A DNA stretch of 64,000 nucleotides from contig NIVC01000086.1 of the NCBI GenBank assembly GCA_002269645.1, positions 1-64,000 of the forward strand. The letters are read 5' to 3'. Below are positions 15,455 through 27,929 of the stretch, in pieces. Origin of the DNA: Macrostomum lignano (taxonomy: Eukaryota). Under the pieces are notes generated by a model. That model searched no databases, was not told the origin of the DNA, and saw only the letters and a program-made list of their open reading frames with translations. Positions within the stretch are counted from its first letter, which is position 1. The number at the start of each line of letters is the position of its first letter. A program made the translations under genes and the position numbers.

Positions 15455-16909
15455 ACAGCCTCAGCCGCAGCACAGTCCCCGCCCGTCCCCCAATTCAGGA
15501 CCCGAAACAGCAGTCGCCGCTGTGTCCGGTGAACAACGCCAGCCGGAAGCAGTGCCCCGCCTGCCGGTGGCGCCGCTGCCTCATGTCCGGGATGCAGCCG
15601 GGCATGCTGCGCACGGTAGCTCCTGGCACCGAGTCGGAGCGATACCCCCGGCTGCACCGGGCTGAGGCTTCAGCCGCCAGGGCCGCTGCCAGAGCCGCCG
15701 CTCGAGCCGCCGCCGCGGCGAATCAAGCAGCTTCTGGTCCGGCAGCTTCAACGAATTCCAGCGCTGACACGCCGCGCACAGCCTCACCGTCTGCTGGAGA
15801 AGTCGAAAGCGAACTGTGCAAAGTAAGGAGCTCCGCGTATGTCTGCCCGCACCCTCTTGAGCCTCTGTACCTGTTCCTGAGTTCATATTTTACAGCCAGC
15901 GCTGAGGCAAATTCTGGCCATTCTGCTGACTCCTGAGCAACATACAAGCGCACCAATACTGTACGCAGACACAGCACTCATACACAGCTCACACAGGTGT
16001 ACAGTGGCCCCTGACTTTCTAATCGTCTTTGAGGGGTTGGCCCTCATGGCTGTGATGTAACGCACGGCATCGAACCAGGGTTCGCGGCGCAAGATTCAGA
16101 CGCTGCTCTGCCAACACCCGGCCGCCCCACACCTCTAGAAGCTCAGCAACCGTTGTGAATGCCTCTCAGTAACTTGAATATATGCATCGCCTGACCGTCG
16201 GTTGCAGACCATCCGCTCCATGGACAGGCCCCAGTTCTCAATGGAAACATCAACAATGGGCGAAGATTTCCTCTCCGTGGAGCCGCGCGAACTGGCCGTG
16301 ATTGTCCTGCCCTGTCTGGATGCCCACTCGGCCAGGCTGGTACAGTTCGCCAAAGACCTGCCGGGCTTCAGCCGGGTCGCCATGCCCGACCGCATCCGCC
16401 TGTTGCAGGCCCACTGGGCCGGTCTGGTCTCATTCGAGCTGTCCATGAACTCGGTGCCCTTCACCGGCCTGCTGTACTTCGCGGCCAACGTCTGCGTGCC
16501 CCCAGGCCGGGTGAGCGCGTTCAACAGCAGCCTGGCCATGCGTGCCAGCCAGCAGATTCGATTGACAGCTCGACTGCTCACCGAGTGGAACGTCAGTCGC
16601 ATCGAATTCCTGCTGCTAAAAGCAATCTTTATGCTGCAGTGCCCGCCAGGCCAGCATTTCGACAATCCGGACGAAATCGACAAGTTGCAGTCGACTTTTC
16701 TTAGAGAGCTTCGCCGAATCTGTCCGGATGTTGTCCGCCGCGGCAAATTGATGGCTCTGTCAGGCCGCATCAACTCGATTCGATTATTCTGTTTGGGCTT
16801 CTGGTCCTCCTATTTTGATAGGCAGGCCATTAGAATGCCGCAGCTTTTCTCTGAGATGCTGCAATCTTCGGTTAACAGCGAGCCGTCTTTGGTTACTATG
16901 GACGCGTAG
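14498..16909 (+). CDS. Nuclear hormone receptor NR-C, >=408 aa; join(14498-14698,15499-15822,16208-16909), with a possible extra small exon from 15896
   Basis: [40 protein letters not shown]...|[67 protein letters not shown]-2 LFSEML. Donors GTGAGA 14699 and GTAAGG 15823; acceptors at 15498 and 16207; all phase 0. Confidence 0.87.
14715..15455. repeat. (TCTG)n microsatellite with TG interruptions in the NR-C DBD intron
   Basis: Direct reading. Explains the CLSV/TDRQ ORFs. Confidence 0.97.
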
Positions 16910-17285
16910 GTTACTATGTTAACTATAGACGCGTAGGTTATAGTCGTGTAGGTTACTATGGTAACTATAGACGCGTAGGTTACTATGGTAACTATAGACG
17001 CGTAGGTTACTATGGTAAATATAGACGCGTTGGTTACTATAGACGCGTAGGTTACTATGGTAACTATAGACGCGTTGGTTACTATGATAACTATAGACGC
17101 GTAGTTTACTATGGTAACTATAGACGCGTAGGTTACTATGGTAACTATAGACGCGTTGGTTACTATAGACGCGTAGGTTACTATAGTTACTATGGTTACT
17201 ATTATGATGTAGTTTACTATGGTTACTATGGTTACTATGACCACGTAGTTTACTATGGCTACTATGATTGCGTAGGTTACTATGG
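16891..17285. repeat. ~27-bp palindrome-containing minisatellite (ggttactatggtaactatagacgcgta), overlapping the NR-C stop codon
   Basis: Tandem degenerate copies containing GTTAC...GTAAC and ACGCGT palindromes. Confidence 0.9.
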
Positions 17286-17804
17286 TATTCTTTGCTTTAC
17301 ATGTCTTTGATGTTGTCTCCTGTATTTACCTGCTTCTCTTGTCTTTAATCTTCTCTTCTTGTATGTCTCTTTCAAAAAAAATTATCGAATTAATATTTAC
17401 GAAAAAGAACTTTCGATCAAGACGCTCTGTTAGTTTACAGGCGGCACACTTTTCGCTAGCAAGTGTTGTCAGAGAATATCCAGTCACAGTGTCTGCACAT
17501 GTTATTTTTTGCACATTGAATCTCTATTGTAGGCTAATGATGTGTAAGCTTCTGTCCCTGGGAACTGCTTGATTGCGTAGCTACAGTTTCATTACAATCC
17601 AGATTCCATTGCATTATGCATGTCATGCTTGTTTTTATCTGCACTCGCAACTGTCTGCGTCCAATTGGACTACTACTAACAGTAGCCACCGTGCGAGTGT
17701 ATTAATATTGAAGTTTATCGCTTTTTTTGCTTTACATTCAGGCTGGCTAAATTCTGAACTAAGTATTAAATCAGCTGCTAAGGTAGATTGACACCAAAAG
17801 ATAC

Positions 17805-18300
17805 GGACATTTAGACAAATGGAAATTTAGACACACCGACATTTAGACACATGGTGGGCCCTCAGACACATGGAAATTTTGACACACCGACATTTAGACA
17901 CATGGTGGGCCCTCAGACATTAAAATTTTGACACACGGACATTTAGACACATGGTGGGCCCTCAAACACATGGAAATTTTGACACACCGACATTTAGACA
18001 CATGGTGGGCCCTCAGACATTAAAATTTTGACACACGGACATTTAGACACATGGTGGGCCCTCAGACACATGGAAATTTTGACACAAGGACATTTAGACA
18101 CATGGTGGGCCTTCAGACACATGGAAATTTTGACACATGGACATTTAGACACATGGTGGGCCCTCAGACACATGGAAATTTTGACACAAGGACATTTAGA
18201 CACATGGTGGGCCTTCAGACACATGGAAATTTTGACACACCGACATTTAGACACACGGACACCAAGACAGATGGAAATGTAAACATATGGACATTTATAC
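17805..18300. repeat. ~51-bp minisatellite (gacacaccgacatttagacacatggtgggccctcagacacatggaaatttt)
   Basis: About 9 copies. Confidence 0.93.
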
Positions 18301-18629
18301 ACATGGTACACACGGTCTTATTCATGACACTGTTACTAGCTGCAAATTTTCCTACATCAATATGCCTTGCTCTCGTTTGCTACAAGGCCTTTGCTTTTAT
18401 AATCATGTCTTGCCCTCAGTGCTAAATACTCAGTGCTAAGTATTAGCTAATTCCTTCTATGTACGCACATTCCAACGCCAGAATTTTTTGTTATTCTGGT
18501 TGATCGCATTGAGCCCTTCGAATTTTGTATTATTGTTGTCAAAGCAGAGCATACCTGCCAATGCACTTGCAGAGGCTTCTGTGTCCTTGTCGCAGTTAAT
18601 TCACCGTTCACGGTTGTTAGTTTTTCCTA

Positions 18630-19175
18630 CACCCTGACACCACCCCATCCTGCCTCAGATCCTCAACCCTGACACCACCCTATTTTTCCTCAGATCCTCC
18701 ACTCTGACACTACCCCATCCTGCCTCAGATCCTCCACCCTGACACCACCCCATCCTTCCTCAGATCCTCCACCCTGACACCACCCCATCCTGCCTCAGAT
18801 CCTCCACCCTGACACCACCCCATCCTGCCTCAGATCCTCCACCCTGACACCACCCCATCCTGCCTCAGATCCTCCACTCTGACACCACCCCATCCTGCCT
18901 CAGATCCTCCACCCTGACACCACCCCATCCTGCCTCAGATCCTCCACCCTGACACCACCCCATCCTGCCTCAGATCCTCCACCCTGACACCACCCCATCC
19001 TGCCTCAGATCCTCCACTCTGACTCCACCTCATCCTCAGATCCTCCACTCTGACTCCACTGCATCCTCAGATCCTCCACTCTGACTCCACCTCATCCTCA
19101 GATCCTCCACTCTGACTCCACCTCATCCTCAGATCCTCCACTCTGACTCCACTTCATCCTCAGATCTTCCACTCT
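18630..19175. repeat. 35-bp minisatellite (ccaccctgacaccaccccatcctgcctcagatcct) grading into a 31-bp variant
   Basis: About 16 copies. Confidence 0.93.
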
Positions 19176-19714
19176 AACCTCAATCAAAGCTTTTAATGTA
19201 TTATTTCATGTATTGTTATCGAACATATTTTGTCTAGTGCTTGCTTTGCGCTTTTCTGTAAAAAATAAAAAGTTATTAAAAATTTAGATTGTAAACTAAA
19301 TCGAGTGTTTACAATGCTACTTCACTATCTGTCAGTTTGTGCATAGAATAACAATCCTGTTTCCTGACGAATTAATTTTCGGTAGATAACTGCCCGAAAC
19401 GATTTGCTCATTTAGGTTTATTAATTTAGCTTTGTGAAAATAAACTACCTGTCTAAATTATAGATAGATAAGGCCGCGAGCGCAAATCAGTGTGTGACCT
19501 TTCGCTCTGAGTTTTATACATGACAAAAATCGGTTAATTAGTTATCAATTAAAAGTGCAAGAGAGCCTCATGCTAGCAGGAGTACATGTAGTATTGACCG
19601 CACAGTGTTAAAGTACATGTTCGAGAGTACAAGTGGAAAGTGAGTGATGGTGTGCGAGTGGTTAGATAACAGGTGAATTTTCACCTGTTAGACACGGAGT
19701 GCAATATTTTAAAC

Positions 19715-20165
19715 ATATATCTACCTGTTTGAACACCCATATCCACCTGTTTGAACACCCATATCCACCTGTTTGAACACCCATATCTACCTGTCTGAAC
19801 ACCCATATCTACCTGTCTGAACACCCATATCTACCTGTTTGAACACCCATATCCACCTGTTTGAACACCCATATCCACCTGTTTGAACACCCATATCCAC
19901 CTGTTTGAACACTCATATCCACCTGTTTGAACACTCATATCCACCTGTTTGAACACCCATATCCACCTGTTTGAACACCCATATCCACCTGTTTGAACAC
20001 CCATATCCACCTGTTTGAACACCCATATCTGTCTGTTTGAACACCCATATCTAACTGTTTGAACACCCATATCCACCTGTTTGAACACCCATATCTGTCT
20101 GTTTGAACACCCATATCTAACTGTTTGAACACCCATATCCACCTGTTTGAACACCCATATCTGAT
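19715..20165. repeat. 22-bp minisatellite (atatccacctgtttgaacaccc)
   Basis: About 20 copies. Confidence 0.95.
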
Positions 20166-20303
20166 AGATTGTACAAGCACAAGTCTGGCAACTATATATA
20201 TAAAGTCCCTACCGTCTGTACATTCAATCTGAGCAATGACGGATCGCCAGCTACAAGTCAAGAGATTCACAGTCGCTAATAATTTGGCTGTTCCGCTAAT
20301 AAC

Positions 20304-23300
20304 TCAAATTTCCGGCGCCGATGGCTCCATGGCGGCTGCTGACCGTGGCTGCTGCTGCTGCACCATCGCCGACGCCGTTGCCGTCGCTACTCCCGAAGTC
20401 GACGCCTGTTCGGCGGCGGCCTCGCAGTACGGCGGCGGCGGCGCCTCGGCGGTGTAAGCTGGCGGCGGCCCGTACGGGTGCACCGTGACCGGCGCCTTGA
20501 AGTGGAATGCGTAGTTCAAATAGCCGCTGCTGCCGCCCACCGCCTGCGTGCCCGACTGCGGCTGGCTGGTTGCTACGACAACAACGCCCGAATTGGCACC
20601 GTCGACGCGGCCAGTCGCGTTGACCCGGCGCCGCTCGTGACCTATATGGAAGCATGATGGGTTAGGGCACTAGTCAGTTTGCGGGAAGGTTTTAGGCGAC
20701 CCCAGCCAGCGAGGAGGCCGGCAGTCTGTGGAGCGCGCACAAGCGCACTGATTACCTATATGTACGCAGGCGCGCTTGGTCCTGGCTTTCTCATAGTCAC
20801 ATGCACGGGAACACTGGCTAGTAGGTTAGCCCCATATATGTAGGCGGGAATCGCAGACCCCAGGCCAACGAGGTTGGGTTCAAGTTCACGGCTTCGATAT
20901 CTATGGCAATTCTCTACCGATTTTCTTGTGTGATTTTTTATCACACCTGCCCTGTATGGCCAGATGTGCAACCGACAGCTACGGCTGTTCAGTCCAAGGA
21001 CTGGGAAGTCGCCACCCTCAAATACCCCAGAAATTGCAGGCACCTATTTTCAGCTGGGTGAACTGAAGCAATGCAGAGTTAAGTGTCTTGCTCAAGGACA
21101 CAAATTTTTCCGAGTGGGTCGAGAATCGAACCCACGACTATTCGGTAGTTAATCGGACGCTCTAACCACTAGGCTTACAACCACCTTGTGTGATGCTTCA
21201 TTTTAAAACTCAACTGTGTTCTAATAGTTTATAAAAATTCAATTACACTGAATGCTTCGCTGTGGCTACACAGCTTGCTAAAGTACTTACTTTGACCCTA
21301 GGATAGAGCACTATCAAGGATGCTTTTTTCTGCACTAAAATGATATTGATGTAATCAATTCGAGACTCAGACGCCCGTCATTTTGCTACCCTCGTCGGAA
21401 TGGATCTCTATGAATGCTTTAATTGGCTTTTGATTGCTTCAGGACTGGAGGTTTGAAAAACGGGCATGTTGCCTATGACAACAAAACTTTTTCAAAATTT
21501 TGATGCCCATGACGGCATTTTTATTTTAGCCAATGCTCTCTAATCCTCGTGCTGAGCTTCCGGTTACGCTGATTGGGGTTTACCTTAGATACGGGAAATA
21601 ATATCCTGATCATGATAACGGCAGCTTGCCGTAACGGCAGATCGCCTTAAGAAGAGAAACACGGGACTTTGATCGGCTGTAAAAATTAAACGATTCAAGC
21701 TCTGGTGTCTGATGTCAGAGGCCCGCGTCAGTCTCAGCTGGTTGTTCGGTGCATCGCGGGTCGCCGTCAGCTCTCTTTGAACTGGCATGTTAACCAAGGG
21801 AATTGTTGGTCCTCTGTTATCAATAAAAGTTACCGCAGCAGGGGCATACCAAAGCTTTTAATCATCCTCACATCATCATAATTAGAATCATAATTTCATA
21901 TTAGGTGACATTTGCTTTACATTCACTATTCGATAGATCTACAGTAACAAGCTACCAAAGCAGAAAGGAGATCGGTTCTGTCAGCTTTGAGCAAATCCGC
22001 TCTACTTATACATGCAAGTGGGGCAAATATTTGATCAGCACCCTGCCAAACCCTGTCTTACTGGACTTATAGCTAATTGCAGGCCCCATACTACTCGTAT
22101 AATTATAGTTACTCATAACCATGCATGAGCGTCGGTTCAGTAAAGGGCGACCCAGTTGAAATTGTAACAATGCTAGTCGAGACACTGGACTGTCGTCGAT
22201 GCCAATTTTAGTATCCTGATCCTACTAAAAATCAAAACTTTGGTTTAACTAAATAGCCAAACGATATCCTGCTTCTAGAACTGACTAAATGACACCCGGG
22301 TTCTTAAGCTAACCAAATGACATCTGGGTTCTTAAGCTAACCAAATGACATCTGGGTTCTCCAGTTAACCAATTGACATCTGGGTTCTTCAGCTAACCAA
22401 ATGACATCCGGGTTCTTCAGCTAACCAAATGACATCCGGGTTCTTCAGCTAATCAATTGACATCTGGGTTCTTCAGCTAACCAAATGACATCCGGGTTCT
22501 TCAGTTAACCAATTGACATCTGGGTTCTTCAGCTAACCAAATGACATCCGGTTTTATATAGGACCAAACAACCTCACAATGTCGTTTGCTAGTATCTGAG
22601 TTCAACGCCATGTGGAAATCTGAGCCCCAAACCTATTGGGGTCTAATGAGGCTGTAAAATGATTCGCGTGTACCAAGGCGACACTTGAAACTCACCAGAC
22701 TGTCCGATAAAAGCAAAGCCCCAAACGCAGCTCCAAATCCAGCCAACGAGGCACACGGGAGTCAGCAGGAGCTGCATCAGGGCGATGCCCAGCTGGATGC
22801 AGGCGGAGCAGCAGGTGTCCCGACAGTCGAAATCTTTCCTATTGCTGCACGGGCAGCACAGAGAGAGCCCGGCCATCAGAGTGCCTAAATTAAGGATAAA
22901 CATGATTGCACTTTTAAACAGTTGCTCAGCTATAAAAAATGCTATAATTTTTCCCAAGAATCCTGCGTTGAGAAGCTATGTCAGGACCCTGCAGCAATGA
23001 CAGCACATTGCACAGTGCAGCTATGTCAGGACCCTGCAGCAATGACAGCACATTGCACAGTGCAGCTCTGTCAGGACCCTGCAGCAATGACAGCACATTG
23101 CACAGTGCAGCTCTGTCAGGACCCTTGCAGCAATGACAGCACATTGCACAGTGCAGCTATGTCAGGACCCTGCAGCAATGACAGCACATTGCACAGTGCA
23201 GCTCTGTCAGGACCCTGCAGCAATGACAGCACATTGCACAGTGCAGCTCTGTCAGGACCCTTGCAGCAATGACAGCACATTGCACAGTGCAGCTATGTCA

Positions 23301-24256
23301 GGACCTTGCAGCAATGACAGCACATTGCACAGTGCAGCTATGTCAGGACCCTGCAGCAATGACAGCACATTGCACAGTGCAGCTCTGTCAGGACCCTTGC
23401 AGCAATGACAGCACATTGCACAGTGCAGCTATGTCAGGACCTTGCAGCAATGACAGCACATTGCACAGTGCAGCTATGTCAGGACCCTGCAGCAATGACA
23501 GCACATTGCACAGTGCAGCTATGTCAGGACCCTGCAGCAATGACAGCACATTGCACAGTGCAGCTATGTCAGGACCCTGCAGCAATGACAGCACATTGCA
23601 CAGTGCAGCTATGTCAGGACCCTGCAGCAATGACAGCACATTGCACAGTGCAGCTATGTCAGGACCCTGCAGCAATGACAGCACATTGCACAGTGCAGCT
23701 ATGTCAGGACCCTGCAGCAATGACAGCACATTGCACAGTGCAGCTATGTCAGGACCCTGCAGCAATGACAGCACATTGCACAGTGCAGCTCTGTCAGGAC
23801 CCTTGCAGCAATGACAGCACATTGCACAGTGCAGCTCTGTCAGGACCCTTGCAGCAATGACAGCACATTGTACAGTGCAGCTATGTCAGGACCCTGCAGC
23901 AATGACAGCACATTGCACAGTGCAGCTATGTCAGGACCCTGCAGCAATGACAGCACATTGCACAGTGCAGCTATGTCAGGACCCTGCAGCAATGACAGCA
24001 CATTGTACAGTGCAGCTATGTCAGGACCCTGCAGCAATGACAGCACATTGCACAGTGCAGCTATGTCAGGACCCTGCACTACATGCTTCTTCAGACACTC
24101 ATATATGGACTCACCCAAGCCAGGCACAATAAAGTTGCATGTACACAACGCCACGGCCCACTGAATGGAGAAGGAGGGCACAGTCAGCCGGCTGTACTTG
24201 TCCTGTTCCGTCGTGTTAGTCGCTGGCGACGGCATTGTCGAAATAGTGGCCGACAT
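20304..24256 (-). CDS. STUM: Stum/SPEC3-family small membrane protein with Cys-rich loop and PPxY tail, 222 aa; complement join(24256-24115,22884-22696,20641-20304)
   Basis: Spliced sequence AVALCTCNFIVPGLG|TLMAGLSLCCPC...QLGIALMQLLLTPVCLVGWIWSCVWG matches the Stum motifs N-x-x-x-PGLGT and (V/L)GWIxSxxWG. Both donors are G|GTGAGT, acceptors TTTAG 22885 and TATAG 20642, both introns phase 1. The symbol is a family-level call and orthology is untested. Confidence 0.85.
20750..21180 (-). mobile_element. tRNA-derived SINE with a MIR/CORE-like central domain, in stum-like intron 2
   Basis: Minus strand reads AGCCTAGTGGTTAGAGC (A box), GGGTTCGATTCTC (B box), then TGTGTCCTTGAGCAAGACACTTAACTCTGCATTGCTTCAGTTCACCCAGCTGAAAATAGG, which resembles the CORE of MIR. 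The 3' boundary is uncertain. Confidence 0.7.
22285..22550. repeat. 28-bp minisatellite (gctaaccaaatgacatccgggttcttca)
   Basis: About 9 copies in stum-like intron 2. Confidence 0.93.
22972..24078. repeat. 45-46 bp minisatellite (atgtcaggaccctgcagcaatgacagcacattgcacagtgcagct) filling stum-like intron 1
   Basis: About 24 copies. Confidence 0.97.
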
Positions 24257-25127
24257 GTCGCTTTTAGGTTAAGGTTCAGTTTAGGCGATCGCAGATCGAA
24301 AATGAAGAAATCTAGGTTCTAACTCCGGCACCAGCCAGTCCATTCAATCGCGTTGCGAGGGGATCATTGGTGTGTGAAGGACTCTTTCCCTCGCCCTACA
24401 GTCCGCAGCAATCAGCTTGGGGGAGTCGTTAAAGAGCTGCCATTGACTGCAACCCCATTTTGAGTACAGGCAACCGTCCACTGCATGCTGACTGTCCTTC
24501 CCTAGAAAATCCTCTCCCATACCTCCTACAGGAAGCCGACTGCAGCTACAGAGCATATTTGGGTTGGTCCTGACAACCACAGCTTTGAGAGGCCCTCCGG
24601 GGTCCTGGCCAGCCACCGACGGAATTGTTTGCCCTGGCCTCGCTTCCTCTCTATTAGGTTCCGGCCATTGCCCAACCTGTGGGGTGGGTACGAAATACGC
24701 GTAGTGCGCGACATCCCCAACCTTGGTTGCTATGACAACTTCCGACGTCCCCTCGAGCCAATTAGTTTAACCCTACTAAATCCCGCGGGCATGCTAAACG
24801 TGTACATACGACCCGAACAGCTATGTTGACGCACAAAGGGATTTCTTTGTATGCCAAAAATCTTAACAAAAGCTATACATGTTGTCCGGTGCGGTGAATT
24901 GGCTATAAACAGGAAGCTGACATTGTACATACAATTTACTGTGTGTGCTCTGCAGTTGTGCAAGCAGACATTTGTGTGTACGCATACGAGCTAAATTCTG
25001 GTTCAAAATTACACCTAAATCTACGTACTATCGGTTAGTTGTGATCGATTGAGACTTTTATCTTGATCATACCGGCTTTTGAAGTTGGACTGCGGACGAT
25101 TACAAATAGCTAGAAAATAGCTACTCC

Positions 25128-25330
25128 TGGGGGGTTGCCATCATACTCGTAAACCCGAAAAATCACAACTCCGAATGCACTTCCCATCATAAACCTGAAA
25201 CATCATAACCCGAAATATCATAAACCCGAAATACGAGCGTACCAGAATCCCGAAATATCATAACTCCGAATAATGTCAACACTATTTTGGTTTTCGGAGT
25301 TGTGATTTTTCGGGTTTGTGATGACCCCGG
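25128..25330. mobile_element. Small degenerate MITE/foldback
   Basis: aaacccgaaaaatcacaactccgaa (~25151-25175) is inverted at ~25293-25317, with internal cataa(a)cccgaaa repeats and GGGG/CCCC outer ends. Confidence 0.6.
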
Positions 25331-25889
25331 CCTTCCACTCTTGGGAATTGGCTAAAAATACGATTATAGATCAGCAAGTACGGTTATGCACGTACGAATA
25401 CACTGCGCGTGTCTGTACATACTACATGTGGCTCTGAACTAAAATAAAAAATGAAATAAAAAGTTTATCAGGCTAATTTTTCATCAAATTGCCAACAAGT
25501 TCCGCCGAAATTTAAGCTCTCCTATATCTATATATCTCTTTAGTGTAGAGTTTGGTCTCGGTCGATTCTTCTTGACCAAATTTGTCTATCGCGAAATCCA
25601 ATCAGCGCCATATCCAAAAAAGCAAATCTTTACAAAATCCGTTTAACTCAGCAGAAATGATACACTTTTAAATGTATATTTTGACTGTTCCCGCGAGGTT
25701 CTCCAACCCAAGGCGACCAAAATTGCGATAACTCTAATCATATTTTTTTTCAAAATCTTTCTCGACAAACTTGTGAGTGTACTGAAAACTCGCTAATTAC
25801 GTCTACATGTACTCCGAAAACCGGCAGCTCCGGCGAAATTTGAACGATTCGCTAGCGCAGCGCTAATTTTCTGCTTTAGTTGTCCATTT

Positions 25890-26281
25890 CAGGGGCGTCG
25901 CCAACGGCGGGGGGGACAGGGGACATGTCCCCCCCAGTAAAAGATCTGGGGGGGCATGCCAGTGCTTTGTCCCCCCCCCACCCCACCTTGTGGCCCATTG
26001 TGGAAATCAATAATTTTGCTGCATGGCGACAAAAATGAGTGCCTGTGGCGCTAAAATGAGTGCCTGTGGCGCAAAAATGAGTGCCTGTGGCGCTAAAATG
26101 AGTGCCTGTGGTGCTAAAATGAGTGCCTGAGGCGCTAAAATGAGTGTTTTTGGCGCTAAAATGAGTGCCTGAGGCGCTAAAATGAGTGTTTTTGGCGCTA
26201 AAATGAGTAGGATGTAGGATTCTAAAATGTAGAATTCTTGGCTTTGTTCCCCCCACCATAAAATACATGGCGACGCCCCTG
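25890..26281. mobile_element. hAT-superfamily MITE (392 bp)
   Basis: 14-bp perfect TIR CAGGGGCGTCGCCA/TGGCGACGCCCCTG and a perfect 8-bp TSD GTCCATTT (25882-25889 and 26282-26289). Internal ~21-bp tandem repeats (ggcgctaaaatgagtgcctgt). Confidence 0.9.
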
Positions 26282-27929
26282 GTCCATTTTGTCATTTACT
26301 ACTGAAAATAGAAAGCTTTGGTTTTGAGTGTGGAAGTCTCAAGGACTGCTTAACAACACAGGACGTCACACTTGCAAATATTGGCAGAATTCTAAAAGGC
26401 CGCTTTGAATGTACATGTATGTGTCTATATGGTTTAGTGGCCTTTTTGCCAGAAAGAAATACCAGAAATAACGGGATTCCTAGATGCGTTTCTAAAGTGT
26501 ACTTTGAAAGTGTAAAGTGTTAAGTAGTCCTTGGGAAGTCTTTGAGCATTAACTAGATAACGGTCGACAGAATCTAAATAGTGTGCTCAGTATATAAGTA
26601 AAAGAACAAAAGACCAATTCAAAAGACAGGCCGTAGTTTTTTATTTGGATTCATTGGCCCTATGTGATGGGTTTCGGCCTTTTCGGCCCCTTTCGGGAAG
26701 CCTTCGGGCCTCAGGTCTCAGAAATAAATCAATTAGAGTCCTGGCCCCCCACTCCTTGGTCAGTCCTATGGTAGCTTTATCGTGTGGCGAGCAGTCTAGG
26801 TCCTATAGCTAAGAGAGGGACAGCGAGAAAAGCAGGGAGAATTTCGAAGGTAGAGATCAGCTAATCCGCAGATTAACTAACCCGCTGCCACCAGCCCGTG
26901 CGTCCTCGCTCACCAAACCGGAACTTTCGAAATCGGGCTTCCGACTAGAGGGGGCTTAGCACTTACCTGCCAACTAGTGTCTTTTTGCTGTCAATCTCGA
27001 AGTCATAGCCGATGATAAGGGACACTGCTGGGACTTGATCGGATTGGCCATGCAGGTACAGAGGGGACTTGTGCAGGGGATTCTTGCAGTGGCGAGCCTA
27101 TGGGGTAGCTACATGTACTATTACATTGCTAAATACGAGGAATTGTACTTTTGGCCTTCAACGCGCCAACCAGCATCTCGTAGCGCTGATGATAGGCTAA
27201 CTCGAACATCAGAGACCGCATGATTCATCACCCGAGCGCTTGGCTAACCTAGAGTGCACAGAGTATATCTCTAGCGCCGATTTTGCACTATTGTCAATTT
27301 TGCTCACTGATTTGATAGATTGATCGACTGAGAACTGCCTTGCCATTGGTCCACTATGACCGGCGCCTACTAGCTTAGCTATTCATCTGAGCCATCGGCG
27401 AACAAAGAAATAAAACCGATAAAAATAACTGTCAGATTTAACCTTCTCCTGAATCACTTCACACTTCAGATTGAATTGGAGTATCAGACTACTAACAGTA
27501 TTATTGAATGATTTCTGCCTCGATAACAGCACTGTTGAACAAAATGAGCAAATGTGTGCGCCTAATGCAGCTACTGAAACAGGGGACAGATAAGGGATCA
27601 CCCAATCAAGCAAGTCTAGGTAGCCTCTCACCCAACCAATCAGAAACTCAACAGCCGGAGACCAGGTAATCCACAATGACCGAATCGGCTTAGTGCTTCG
27701 CAGCTGTAGACCCGGGATGATGCTGATGTCACAATCTTCGCAGATAGCTATAGCAGGTGATGATCTTTTAACCTTGATGTTCGCTGCTGACGACCGGGGG
27801 GATTCGTCCTTGATGATGACGGGGGGAGTCGCGATCCGGGGATCAAGAGACGACGGTCGCGTGTAGCAGCCGGGTGTCAGGTGACAGATGACCGGCCAAG
27901 TTGCAGTCTGAGCAGGCCATAAACGCCGG

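Noticed and set aside
14713-15936. 407-aa CLSV-repeat ORF as an N-terminal extension of the second zinc finger
   Set aside because: The (TCTG)n tract is bounded by a good donor (14699) and acceptor (15498), so it is an intron.
21100-21178. tRNA gene
   Set aside because: A and B boxes are present but I could not form a convincing cloverleaf or acceptor stem, and it continues into a SINE core.
25876-26295. 139-aa ORF with THFSA repeats
   Set aside because: Coincides with the hAT MITE and its internal tandem repeats.
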